64,000 nucleotides of DNA, taken from Minisyncoccota bacterium (GTDB lineage: Bacteria > Patescibacteriota > Minisyncoccia > Phycocordibacterales > UBA9973). Made by a program: the position numbers and the translations under genes. A model generated the notes under the pieces. It saw nothing but the letters and a program-made list of their open reading frames with translations. It did no database searches and had not been told where the DNA came from. Below, piece after piece: positions 1 to 8,387 of this stretch (within the stretch, counting starts at the first letter, position 1; each line of letters opens with the position of its first letter). The stretch lies in assembly GCA_036405895.1 (NCBI GenBank), contig DASWWS010000001.1:6523-70522 (forward strand). Direction: 5' to 3'.

Positions 1-2
1 CA

Positions 3-749
3 AATAAAAACGGATCAAATTACGCAAGCAACCTCAATGCGTACCAGTCTGCCGTGGAGACACGAGACGCAATGATTGCTACTCGCGAAGCGGAGCTCAA
101 CCTCAAGCGGGCAACAGCACGCCAGGCGGATGTTGATGCGGCCCTTGCGGATATTGTGACCGCGCAGGCATCTTTGGAGTCGGCCAACGCGGCCCTTGAG
201 CGCACTATTCTTCGCGCCCCAGCGGATGGAACTATCACGCAAATCGATATCAAGGTAGGTGAAGTACCAGAAGCATTTTCAACGGCAATCATTTTGCAGG
301 ACGTTTCAAACTTGTATCTTGAAGCGAATGTAAACGAAAGCTATGTCGGGCAGCTCGCCGTGGGGCAGTACGTAAACGTTACCTTTGATGCGCTTCCAGG
401 AGTGCAGTACCGCGGAACAGTTTCTTCTGTAGACCCCGCTGCAACCGTGACCGACAGTATCGTCAACTACAAAGTAAAGGCACTATTGTTAGGGGCAGAA
501 GAAATTCGCCCAGGCATGACAGCCGACATGGTAATCACTACAGGGTCCGCTACAGCAGTACTCACGTTGCCGGGGCGCGTGATAAATAAGAATGACACAG
601 GTGCTGCATTTGTTGATGTTGTTACCGACCCTCGCCGAAGCAAAACTGAGGAACGCGCAGTAACTATCGGCCTTACCGGAGACGGAGATGTGGTGGAAGT
701 AACAAGCGGTGTTACAGAAGGGGAGACTGTACTGTGGAACGCTGAATAA
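3..749 (+). CDS. HlyD-family periplasmic adaptor subunit of a MacAB-type efflux pump (C-terminal part; 5' end lies outside the window)
   Basis: ORF is open to the window edge. The beta-barrel/lipoyl-like adaptor region (VNESYVGQLAVGQYVNVTFDALPG) is present, and the permease and ATPase genes follow immediately. Confidence 0.6.
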   Translation, partial: NKNGSNYASNLNAYQSAVETRDAMIATREAELNLKRATARQADVDAALADIVTAQASLESANAALERTILRAPADGTITQIDIKVGEVPEAFSTAIILQDVSNLYLEANVNESYVGQLAVGQYVNVTFDALPGVQYRGTVSSVDPAATVTDSIVNYKVKALLLGAEEIRPGMTADMVITTGSATAVLTLPGRVINKNDTGAAFVDVVTDPRRSKTEERAVTIGLTGDGDVVEVTSGVTEGETVLWNAE

Positions 750-770
750 GTATCATACGAGTTAGAAATA

Positions 771-2051
771 ATGGAGAAAAATAAGGGCGCATGGACAATA
801 CTTTCAACCGACATCCGTGTTGGCATGTTTCTGGCACGCCGGGAACTGAAGCGCGCGAGCAAGTGGACCACTGGCCTTATTATTTTTGTCATGCTCCTGA
901 CATTTCTCAACCTTGTTGTGGTGGGAGGGATATTGGTGGGCCTCATTGAGGGCTCCGTTGAAGCGGACCGCCGGTATTCTTCAGGAGATATTCTTATCTC
1001 GCCCTTTCTCAACAAGTCATATATTGAGCACACACCTGAAGTGGTAGCTGCTGCAAAAACAATTCCCGGCTTTCATGCGCTTGCAGTGCGCTATACCGGA
1101 AGCGCGCGCGTAGAGAGCAACTACCGAAGCACGGTGAAGCCGGGCGAAATGCGTGATGGGGCAGGAGCATCGCTTTTGGGGATAGACCCTATGGTTGAAC
1201 ACAATTTCTCCGGCATTGAAAAGTTTGTCGTTGAAGGCTCGTTCATCACCGCACAAGACACAGACAGTGTTGTCGTTGGAAAAAACCTGCTTTATAAATA
1301 TGTCCCTATCGAAGCGCCTGGCTTCCAAACGCTCAAAGATGTAACGATTGGATCAAAGATTAAGGTTACAGTCGGCGGAGACACAGCAAAGGAATACTAT
1401 GTAAAAGGAGTGATTTCAAGTAAGGTCGATACGTTCGACAGCTCTGTTATTATGGTTGATTCCGAAGCGCGCGCACTTGTCGGCCGCCGCGACTTTAATG
1501 CAAATCAGATAGCCATACAGCTTGATCCTGGTGCGGACTCAAATATTGCAAAGGCAATGCTGCTTGATGCGGGAATAGGCGAGTATGCGCGCGTTCAAAC
1601 TCATGAAGAAGCAATGCCAAAATTCCTTAAGGATATTCAGGCAACATTTGCCATTTTAGGGAATGCCATCAGCTCAATCGGACTTGTTGTTGCGGCGATT
1701 ACTATCTTCATTGTTATCTTTGTTAACGCCATCACTCGCCGAAGATTCATTGGTATTCTCAAAGGTATCGGCATCTCACCGCGCGCTATTGCTGTTTCAT
1801 ACATCATTCAGTCCATTTTTTATGCACTCTTAGGTTCTGCAATCGGTATTGCTGTGGTGTTTGGGCTCCTCAAGCCGTTCTTTGTTGCAAATCCAATCGA
1901 CTTTCCATTCTCAGACGGTATCTTGGTGGCAACAATCCCTGGGACACTTTTGCGCACAATGATTCTTTTAGTAGCAACCATCATTGCAGGATACATTCCG
2001 GCACGCATTGTCATTAAGCAAAATACCCTCAGTGCCATCTTAGGGCGATAA
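771..2051 (+). CDS. ABC transporter permease, FtsX/MacB-like (N-terminal TM, large periplasmic domain, C-terminal FtsX 4-TM bundle)
   Basis: 426 aa. Topology and C-terminal hydrophobic block (GIGISPRAIAVSYIIQSIFYALLGSAIGIAVVFGLL) are typical of MacB/LolE-like permeases. Operon context with adaptor and ATPase. Confidence 0.7.
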   Translation: MEKNKGAWTILSTDIRVGMFLARRELKRASKWTTGLIIFVMLLTFLNLVVVGGILVGLIEGSVEADRRYSSGDILISPFLNKSYIEHTPEVVAAAKTIPGFHALAVRYTGSARVESNYRSTVKPGEMRDGAGASLLGIDPMVEHNFSGIEKFVVEGSFITAQDTDSVVVGKNLLYKYVPIEAPGFQTLKDVTIGSKIKVTVGGDTAKEYYVKGVISSKVDTFDSSVIMVDSEARALVGRRDFNANQIAIQLDPGADSNIAKAMLLDAGIGEYARVQTHEEAMPKFLKDIQATFAILGNAISSIGLVVAAITIFIVIFVNAITRRRFIGILKGIGISPRAIAVSYIIQSIFYALLGSAIGIAVVFGLLKPFFVANPIDFPFSDGILVATIPGTLLRTMILLVATIIAGYIPARIVIKQNTLSAILGR

Positions 2052-2055
2052 TTTT

Positions 2056-2733
2056 ATGATTGAAGTTAAGAATTTATACAAAACATTTATTAGCGGAGAA
2101 GTGGAGACGCATGCAGTGGAGGATGTGTCGTTTATCGTGCCCAGCGGACAATTTGTTTCTATTAGCGGAAAGAGTGGGTCTGGGAAAAGCACACTTTTGT
2201 ACCAGTTGGGGCTCTTGGATATTCCTACGAGCGGGGAAATATATATCGACGGCATTGAGTCAGTCGGCCTCGACGAGCGCGACCGTACCCGACAGCGCCT
2301 CAATGCATTGGGCTATATTTTCCAGGACTATGCAATTCTTCCGTCTTTGAGCGCCATTGAAAACGTGATGGTGCCACTGTTGATGCAGGGGGACTCAGAG
2401 GAAGTAGCACGGAAAAAATCTGCATTTGCGCTTACCCGCGTAGGCCTCGCCGACCGCATGAATAATTTGCCAAGCGAGCTCTCCGGCGGGCAGCAACAGC
2501 GCGTTTCTATTGCACGCGCGATTGGGCACAACCCAAAAGTACTGTTTGCCGACGAACCTACCGCCAACCTCGACACCGAAACCTCGCGCGCAGTGCTTGA
2601 AACATTTTTGGAACTGAACCGCGAAGGGCAGACCATTATTATGGTAACGCACGAGCCTGAGTATGCAGCCCTTACTGACCGTATTATTGTTCTTGCCGAC
2701 GGCAAGCTGGTGGGAGACCATCTCAATAAATAG
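2056..2733 (+). CDS. ABC transporter ATP-binding protein (MacB/LolD-type)
   Basis: Walker A GKSGSGKST, ABC signature LSGGQQQRVSIARA and Walker B LFADEPT are all present. Confidence 0.85.
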   Translation: MIEVKNLYKTFISGEVETHAVEDVSFIVPSGQFVSISGKSGSGKSTLLYQLGLLDIPTSGEIYIDGIESVGLDERDRTRQRLNALGYIFQDYAILPSLSAIENVMVPLLMQGDSEEVARKKSAFALTRVGLADRMNNLPSELSGGQQQRVSIARAIGHNPKVLFADEPTANLDTETSRAVLETFLELNREGQTIIMVTHEPEYAALTDRIIVLADGKLVGDHLNK

Positions 2734-2747
2734 GCTATACTATAGCT

Positions 2748-3269
2748 ATGTTGAAAAAAAATACCCAGACGGGTTTCACCCTTATAGAACTTCTTGTTGT
2801 TATAGCGGTGATTGGTATTTTGGCTTCCGTTATTCTTGCGTCGTTAAATAGTGCACGCAAAAAAGCGGCAGATGCAAAAATAAAAAGTGAACTAAAGCAA
2901 ATCTCAACAGCACTGGAGTTCTATTACGACAGCTACGGCTCCTATGTTGTTGCGGGCGGCGGATACGGGGGAGGCAACTATTCTTCCGGAGGCGGATTTG
3001 TCACCCTTGAAGACTCAGGGGGGAATTATACAAAGTCGATTACTAACCGTCTCGCTGAACTTGGTTTTCTTGGTACTGGCTTTAAGAACGAAGCAAATTA
3101 TATGGTGTATGTGTGCTTTGATGCCTATGGCATGCAGCGCTATGCGCTCTCCGCAACACTCAATAATCCTAGCGCTGCCGACATAGCCAATATTCAAACA
3201 ACCTGCAATGGGACAGGGTCCAATGGGACCTACTCTCATTATGGAAAAAACTATGCGATCAGCAATTAA
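2748..3269 (+). CDS. Type IV pilin-like protein (prepilin N-terminal methylation motif)
   Basis: N-terminus [20 protein letters not shown] is a class III signal with the conserved Glu at +5. The Gly-rich mature region follows. Confidence 0.7.
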   Translation: MLKKNTQTGFTLIELLVVIAVIGILASVILASLNSARKKAADAKIKSELKQISTALEFYYDSYGSYVVAGGGYGGGNYSSGGGFVTLEDSGGNYTKSITNRLAELGFLGTGFKNEANYMVYVCFDAYGMQRYALSATLNNPSAADIANIQTTCNGTGSNGTYSHYGKNYAISN

Positions 3270-3774
3270 ACAAAAAGGCTTCACTCTCATTGAATTATTG
3301 GTTGTTATCGCAGTGATAGGCATTTTGGCATCAGTTGTGCTAGCATCGCTTAATAGTGCACGAGGAAAAGCACGCGATGCTCGGCGGTTTTCGGATCTCA
3401 ATCAAATCTCTCTTGCACTGGAATTGTATTACGATGACTATGGAACATATCCTCAACTGCTCGCCTATATTTTCCCCAACCGTGCAGACCCGCAAGATGT
3501 GAACTGGACGGGCGCCTTTACAACAGCAATGCGGCCCTATATTAATCCGGTTCCGCAAGACCCGGCCGGCAGGCCCTATATGTACTCTTCGACCAATAGT
3601 GGACAAAAGTACGGCCTCATGACCGAAGTTGAAAGTACCGCAAACTATGCAAAATCCATTAACGATGGAGGAAGCTTTAATAATGGACAATACTATTACG
3701 AAGTAGGGTCCGCACCTACAGGATGCGGGCGCCTGGGTACAGAGTGGTGGGGAGCCACAACCATTAACTGTTAA
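3253..3774 (+). CDS. Type IV pilin-like protein
   Basis: [28 protein letters not shown] at the N-terminus. Start is chosen at the ATG overlapping the previous stop. Confidence 0.7.
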   Translation: MRSAIKQKGFTLIELLVVIAVIGILASVVLASLNSARGKARDARRFSDLNQISLALELYYDDYGTYPQLLAYIFPNRADPQDVNWTGAFTTAMRPYINPVPQDPAGRPYMYSSTNSGQKYGLMTEVESTANYAKSINDGGSFNNGQYYYEVGSAPTGCGRLGTEWWGATTINC

Positions 3775-3856
3775 GTAATACAGAGCACCTTTTCTCGTCT
3801 CACTACCATGAGTGCATATCCACTATTAAGGATATGGCCCGTGATATACTATTTTT

Positions 3857-4627
3857 ATGAGTGATTTAATTAACGAAAACAAACAAACCATTATCCGCGC
3901 AAGCATTATTATTGCAGTACTTCTCGGACTGTTTCTTCTTGTTGCAACTGCAGCAAAGCTGAAAGAGTACCGCTATATCGGTTCTGGAACACCGGCGGGG
4001 AACACTATCACCGTAACCGGTGAGGGGAACGTTGAACGCGCACCCGACACTGCACGCATGAGCTTTACTGTTCGTAGTGAGGCTGTGGAGGTGAATACAG
4101 CACAAGATGCAGTTGCGGAAAAAATTACAAAAATCAAGGCTGACCTTGAAATGGCTGGCATTGATGAAGACGATATCAGCACTGCAACGTACAATTCATA
4201 CCCGCAGTACACGTATCCAGCCAACCAGAAGCCGACACTTCGCGGATATGAAGTTGCGCAAGCGGTAACAGTGAAGGTCAAAGATCTCACACTTGTTGAA
4301 AATGTTATCAGTATCCTTGGAAACAATGGGGTGACCGATATGCAAGGCCCAAACTTCGGCTTTGATGACGACAAGGAGGTGGCACGCGAAGCTCGCGAAA
4401 ATGCTATTAAGGATGCAAAAGAGCAAGCAAAGAAACTTGCTGACGATTTGGGTGTAGACTTGGTCCGCATCGTTTCATTCAATGAACAGTCAGGAAGCAC
4501 TATGCCAATGCCGTATGGCCGGGAAATGATGATGGCGCAGGATGCAAAGGCAACCGGTGCTGCAAACATTCCGGTGGGAACCGCGGACATCAGTTCAACA
4601 GTGACTATTGTCTACGAAATCCGATAA
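3857..4627 (+). CDS. SIMPL/DUF541 family periplasmic protein (YggE-like)
   Basis: N-terminal TM helix, then the ITVTGEGNVERAPDTARMSFTVRSEA...YPQY pattern typical of SIMPL-domain proteins. Confidence 0.6.
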   Translation: MSDLINENKQTIIRASIIIAVLLGLFLLVATAAKLKEYRYIGSGTPAGNTITVTGEGNVERAPDTARMSFTVRSEAVEVNTAQDAVAEKITKIKADLEMAGIDEDDISTATYNSYPQYTYPANQKPTLRGYEVAQAVTVKVKDLTLVENVISILGNNGVTDMQGPNFGFDDDKEVAREARENAIKDAKEQAKKLADDLGVDLVRIVSFNEQSGSTMPMPYGREMMMAQDAKATGAANIPVGTADISSTVTIVYEIR

Positions 4628-4642
4628 TACTCTTGTAAAAAC

Positions 4643-4669
4643 GCCTAACGAGGACGGTCCTCGTTAGGC
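4643..4669. repeat. REP-like palindrome copy 1 (GCCTAACGAGGAC-G-GTCCTCGTTAGGC) acting as a bidirectional rho-independent terminator
   Basis: Perfect 13-bp inverted arms flanked by an A-run and a T-run. The same core recurs at 12267, 13018 and 30295. Confidence 0.75.
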
Positions 4670-4773
4670 GTTTTTTATAGGAAGTAAGGGGCTTGTAGGT
4701 TTTGAGGCAGTGTGGTATTGTATGTGCATACAGCCCCACGGGGCGGTTTTTAGTAAGACAGACAAACATTATT

Positions 4774-4950
4774 ATGGCAAAACTAGGATTTTTAAGACAA
4801 ACACGAAATGAAATGCGCCACGTTGTGTGGCCAAGCCGTGCGCGTACTGTTGCTTACACTCTCATTATCATTGGCCTTTCGCTTGCGCTTGGGTACTTCC
4901 TTTCCGGAGTAGACAGTGTATTTCGTGCAGGACTTCGCGCGCTTATTTAA
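4774..4950 (+). CDS. secE: Preprotein translocase subunit SecE
   Basis: 59 aa with a single C-terminal TM helix, immediately upstream of nusG (conserved secE-nusG synteny). Start set at the internal ATG (MAKLGF...). Confidence 0.65.
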   Translation: MAKLGFLRQTRNEMRHVVWPSRARTVAYTLIIIGLSLALGYFLSGVDSVFRAGLRALI

Positions 4951-4962
4951 TTAAAAAACCAT

Positions 4963-5511
4963 ATGGCTAAACAAGAACACACAGGAGAGAGGCACTGGTA
5001 CGCTATCCACACTTACTCAGGCTACGAAAACGCAGTATTGCGAAACCTTCGCCAGCGTATTGAAAGCCTCGGAATGGAGGACAAAATATTCAACGTTGTT
5101 GTTCCTATTGAAAAGAAAATCAAGATTAAGGGCGGCAAGCGCGTAGAGGTGGAAGAAAAGGTGTACCCAGGGTACGTTCTTGTAGACATGGTCGTGACCG
5201 ATGACTCATGGTTCGTGGTGCGCAACACTCCTCGTGTGACAGGCTTCGTTGGTGCAGGGGTTACTCCTGTTCCTCTTACTCAGAAAGAAATCGATTACCT
5301 GCTCGGGCAGATGAATAACGATGATGTGACTAAGCACACAATCGACCTTGAAGTAGGGGAGACAATCACTATTTCAGACGGTCCGTTTAAGGACTCTGAA
5401 GGCCGCGTGTCAGAAGTGGACTCAGAGCGCGGAAAGGTCAAGGTGATGGTATCCCTCTTCGGCCGAGAAACACCGGTAGAGCTCGACTTCCTCCAGGTAA
5501 AGAAGCTGTAA
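4963..5511 (+). CDS. nusG: Transcription termination/antitermination factor NusG
   Basis: NGN domain (WYAIHTYSGYEN) and a C-terminal KOW motif (GETITISDGPFKDSEGRV). Confidence 0.9.
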   Translation: MAKQEHTGERHWYAIHTYSGYENAVLRNLRQRIESLGMEDKIFNVVVPIEKKIKIKGGKRVEVEEKVYPGYVLVDMVVTDDSWFVVRNTPRVTGFVGAGVTPVPLTQKEIDYLLGQMNNDDVTKHTIDLEVGETITISDGPFKDSEGRVSEVDSERGKVKVMVSLFGRETPVELDFLQVKKL

Positions 5512-5518
5512 AATAAAA

Positions 5519-5545
5519 AGACCGACCCTTCAGGGCGGTCTTTTG
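5519..5545 (+). terminator. Rho-independent terminator after nusG
   Basis: GACCGACCC-ttca-GGGCGGTC hairpin followed by TTTT. Confidence 0.6.
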
Positions 5546-5558
5546 CTATACTGACTCT

Positions 5559-6098
5559 ATGAAAAACCGAGGATTTACCCTCATTGAATTATTGGTTGTC
5601 ATTGCGGTGATTGGAATTTTATCGAGCGTTGTTCTTGCATCATTAAACAGTGCGAGGGTAAAGGGGCGCGATACGAAGCGCAAGAGCGATTTGCATGAAA
5701 TGCGCAACGCGCTCGAGCTGTATTACAGCACCAACGGCACGTACCCTGTTTCAACAAACAGCAATTGGCACTTGAGCTGTGAGGCCGCATGGAATACCTC
5801 AAGCAATCCGCTCTATACTGCATTGGTGCCGACCTATATCAGCAGACTTCCCGTAGATCCGGTGAACGCTCCGTGCGCCAACGGTCCGTGGTCGGGGCCG
5901 GGATCGGCGGCAAGCCCGGTACAGCAATACAATTATGCGTATGCAAGCAACGGCTCCGTGTATGACTTTCTGGGAGCACTGGAAAATCAGTCCGACCCAT
6001 TGCGCTGCCAGACTCGGGATTGGAAATATCATCAAGGGGGAGAGCTTTCATTGTGTCGCTCCCACACATACTCTTACAGTTTAATTGCAGACCATTAG
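5559..6098 (+). CDS. Type IV pilin-like protein
   Basis: [25 protein letters not shown]-terminus. Confidence 0.7.
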   Translation: MKNRGFTLIELLVVIAVIGILSSVVLASLNSARVKGRDTKRKSDLHEMRNALELYYSTNGTYPVSTNSNWHLSCEAAWNTSSNPLYTALVPTYISRLPVDPVNAPCANGPWSGPGSAASPVQQYNYAYASNGSVYDFLGALENQSDPLRCQTRDWKYHQGGELSLCRSHTYSYSLIADH

Positions 6099-6099
6099 T

Positions 6100-6624
6100 A
6101 TGAAAAAACAAAGAGGTAAACAAGGCTTCACGTTAATAGAACTTCTCGTCGTGATTGCAATCATTGGCATTCTTGCGTCAGTTGTTCTTGCGTCCCTTAA
6201 CAGTGCGCGAGTGAAAGCGCGAGATGCTCGCAGGAAAGCTGATATGCAGCAGATGACGTTGGCAATACATTCGTATTACGCTGATTTCGGCAATTATCCG
6301 CCAAGCAGCGGCGCAACGATGCCTAATAATAACTGGGCAAACAGCAGTGACGCGAGTTGGGCAACGCTTGGTATACACATGCAGCCCTACATGCCCACCC
6401 TTCCCAAAGACCCGTCGCAAACGACAAACCCGAATATTTGGGCCGCATCAACAAGTGGGGGATACGCCTATTCTTATGTCTTGTGTCCGGACAGTTATAT
6501 GCTCGTCTACCATCTTGAAACTGCGAGCGGCCCTGATGCAGGGGCTATGTGCGGGGGTACGCTATACCAATACGGCGGAACCGGGCCGAATACTTCAGTA
6601 AAAACAACGGGACAGAAAAGATAG
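6100..6624 (+). CDS. Type IV pilin-like protein
   Basis: [29 protein letters not shown]-terminus. Start set just after the previous stop. Confidence 0.7.
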   Translation: MKKQRGKQGFTLIELLVVIAIIGILASVVLASLNSARVKARDARRKADMQQMTLAIHSYYADFGNYPPSSGATMPNNNWANSSDASWATLGIHMQPYMPTLPKDPSQTTNPNIWAASTSGGYAYSYVLCPDSYMLVYHLETASGPDAGAMCGGTLYQYGGTGPNTSVKTTGQKR

Positions 6625-6720
6625 GACAAACATTTACAAGTACACCCTTTGGTGCTATAGTTTTCCCGTTACGCTACTGCTTCTACATTAGCTAATTGAG
6701 GAGAAATCCTATACATATTT

Positions 6721-7146
6721 ATGGCAAAAAACATTACAAAACGAATCAAACTCCAGGCGATGGGTGCCATGGCAACTCCAGCTCCACCGCTTGGTCCAGC
6801 ACTCGGTCAGGCCGGCGTGAACATCTCTGACTTCGTTCAGAAGTTCAACGCAGCAACAGCAGAACAGCGCGGCGAAAAGCTCGGTGTGAAAGTGGTTGTG
6901 TACGATGACCGTTCATACGACTTCTTTGTTACTACTCCTCCGGTTACCTCACTTCTTTTGAAGGCTGCAGGAGTCGAGAAGGGTTCACCAAAGGCTCGCA
7001 CCTCTAAAGTTGGGAAGATCACTCAGGCACAGCTTCGCGAAATCGCAGAGCGCAAGATGCCCGACCTCAATGCAAACACAGTTGAAGCAGCAATGAAAAT
7101 CGTTGCAGGCTCAGCACGCAGTGCAGGAATCGAAATTCTGGACTAA
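6721..7146 (+). CDS. rplK: 50S ribosomal protein L11
   Basis: Classic L11 N-terminus (KLQAMGAMATPAPPLGPALGQAGVNI) and 141 aa length. Confidence 0.9.
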   Translation: MAKNITKRIKLQAMGAMATPAPPLGPALGQAGVNISDFVQKFNAATAEQRGEKLGVKVVVYDDRSYDFFVTTPPVTSLLLKAAGVEKGSPKARTSKVGKITQAQLREIAERKMPDLNANTVEAAMKIVAGSARSAGIEILD

Positions 7147-7154
7147 CCTCAAAT

Positions 7155-7190
7155 AAAAAAGCCCTTCGCAGAAGCGTGGGGCTTTTTTAT
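7155..7190 (+). terminator. Terminator-like GC hairpin plus T-run after rplK
   Basis: A-run, GCCC..GGGGC stem, then TTTTTT. No rplA follows. Confidence 0.5.
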
Positions 7191-7249
7191 TTGCAAATTG
7201 ACATTTAATCGAAACGGTATAGTATCCCAATCAAACTAAACTCTTTAAT

Positions 7250-8338
7250 ATGAAAGAAAAACCAATTCACGGCGTATTGCCTGATTATCAGATTCAAGAT
7301 TTGATGGATAGCGGAGTACTCCTTGGTGCAACGTCTTCTCGAATCCAGCCCGCTTCAATTGATCTTATGCCCGACCTGAATACTTTGATGAATCTTAAGC
7401 ACTACACGCTTCCTCGAAAAGGGGAGAGTATTGAAAAGCTTGTCAAAGAATTGCGCCGCAATGGTATTGCACGGTCAGCATCCAGCCTTATACTGCCTTC
7501 GCAAACGCATCACCTGGTTCGTTTGAAAGAAAGTCTTGCCGGTTCGGACTGCTTTGTCCGTGCAAATCCTAAATCAAGTATTGGCCGCATATTCACCCAT
7601 ACGAGGTTGATATGTGATGGCACTAGTGTGGTGGATGAGATTCCGAAAGAGTACAAGGGAGAATTGTGGATGTTGCTTACGCCAAAATTTCCTTCCATTA
7701 AGCTTCATGAGTATGAACCTATCAATCAGATACGGTTCTTTTCAGGAGATGCTCGTCTTTCTGAGCATGATTTACGACGGGAGCTCGTGTATAAGCCAAA
7801 ACTTGTTAGAGAACCACAGATGCTCTCGAACAAACAGTTTCCTATTACCGTGACAGGAAATACTATCGGGCAAATTCCGATTAGTGTGGACTTGAAGGGG
7901 AAGTGTTATAGGACTCGTTCAACTAATCGGCCCCTGGGATTAGAGGAAAGAAATATTTCTTTCCAGGAGTATTACGAAGAGATTGACCCTGAGGAGATGA
8001 AGAATGGGCTGGTTGTTGAAACCGCGCGCGGATATCTTATCGGTACGATCGAGCTTTTTGAAGTTCCGCAGAACATGGCAATAGAAGTTATTGTCTCGGA
8101 CAAGTTCGGCGCAATTCAAATTCACTTTGCGGGCTTTGTTGACCCGGGATTTGGGTTGCATATTGGAAACTCCGTTACGCTTGAAATCGTCGCAAACGAA
8201 ATCGGCGTATGTCTGCGGCATGGACAATATGTCGGCACAGTAAGCTGTGAATGGATGGCTTCAGTTCCTAAAAAAATATACCAAGGAAACTATAAGCATC
8301 AAGAAGCGGGTGCAAAACTTCCTAAGTATCTCGTGTAA
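7250..8338 (+). CDS. dCTP deaminase/dUTPase-fold protein (long ~360-aa DCD-family form)
   Basis: C-terminal FVDPGFGLHIGNSVTLEIVAN resembles the Dcd/Dut motif (DPGW.G...LE..N). The N-terminus (DYQIQDLMDSGVL) resembles the Dcd start. Confidence 0.45.
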   Translation: MKEKPIHGVLPDYQIQDLMDSGVLLGATSSRIQPASIDLMPDLNTLMNLKHYTLPRKGESIEKLVKELRRNGIARSASSLILPSQTHHLVRLKESLAGSDCFVRANPKSSIGRIFTHTRLICDGTSVVDEIPKEYKGELWMLLTPKFPSIKLHEYEPINQIRFFSGDARLSEHDLRRELVYKPKLVREPQMLSNKQFPITVTGNTIGQIPISVDLKGKCYRTRSTNRPLGLEERNISFQEYYEEIDPEEMKNGLVVETARGYLIGTIELFEVPQNMAIEVIVSDKFGAIQIHFAGFVDPGFGLHIGNSVTLEIVANEIGVCLRHGQYVGTVSCEWMASVPKKIYQGNYKHQEAGAKLPKYLV

Positions 8339-8346
8339 TTAAATAA

Positions 8347-8369
8347 GGCCTTCCGCATAGCGGAAGGCC
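8347..8369. terminator. Bidirectional terminator between convergent dcd-like and thyX genes
   Basis: Perfect 10-bp stem GGCCTTCCGC-ata-GCGGAAGGCC with flanking A and T runs. Confidence 0.7.
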
Positions 8370-8387
8370 TTTTGTTGTGTTGAATAA

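Noticed and set aside
467-1033. 188-aa minus-strand ORF overlapping the adaptor and FtsX-permease genes
   Set aside because: Antisense shadow of two well-supported plus-strand genes. Low-complexity Ser/Thr/Pro/Arg composition is typical of reverse-frame artefacts.
2328-2726. Minus-strand ORFs (132 and 108 aa) inside the ABC ATPase gene
   Set aside because: Antisense to a gene with Walker A/B and ABC signature motifs. Shadow ORFs.
3973-4590. 205-aa minus-strand ORF inside the SIMPL-domain gene
   Set aside because: Fully contained antisense ORF with Ser/Ala-rich low-complexity sequence. The plus-strand gene has clear family features.
4680-4773. Possible tRNA (tRNA-Trp is common upstream of secE-nusG)
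   Set aside because: No cloverleaf can be drawn. No GTTC-type T-loop or anticodon-arm geometry. Only a short hairpin GCCCCACGGGGC.
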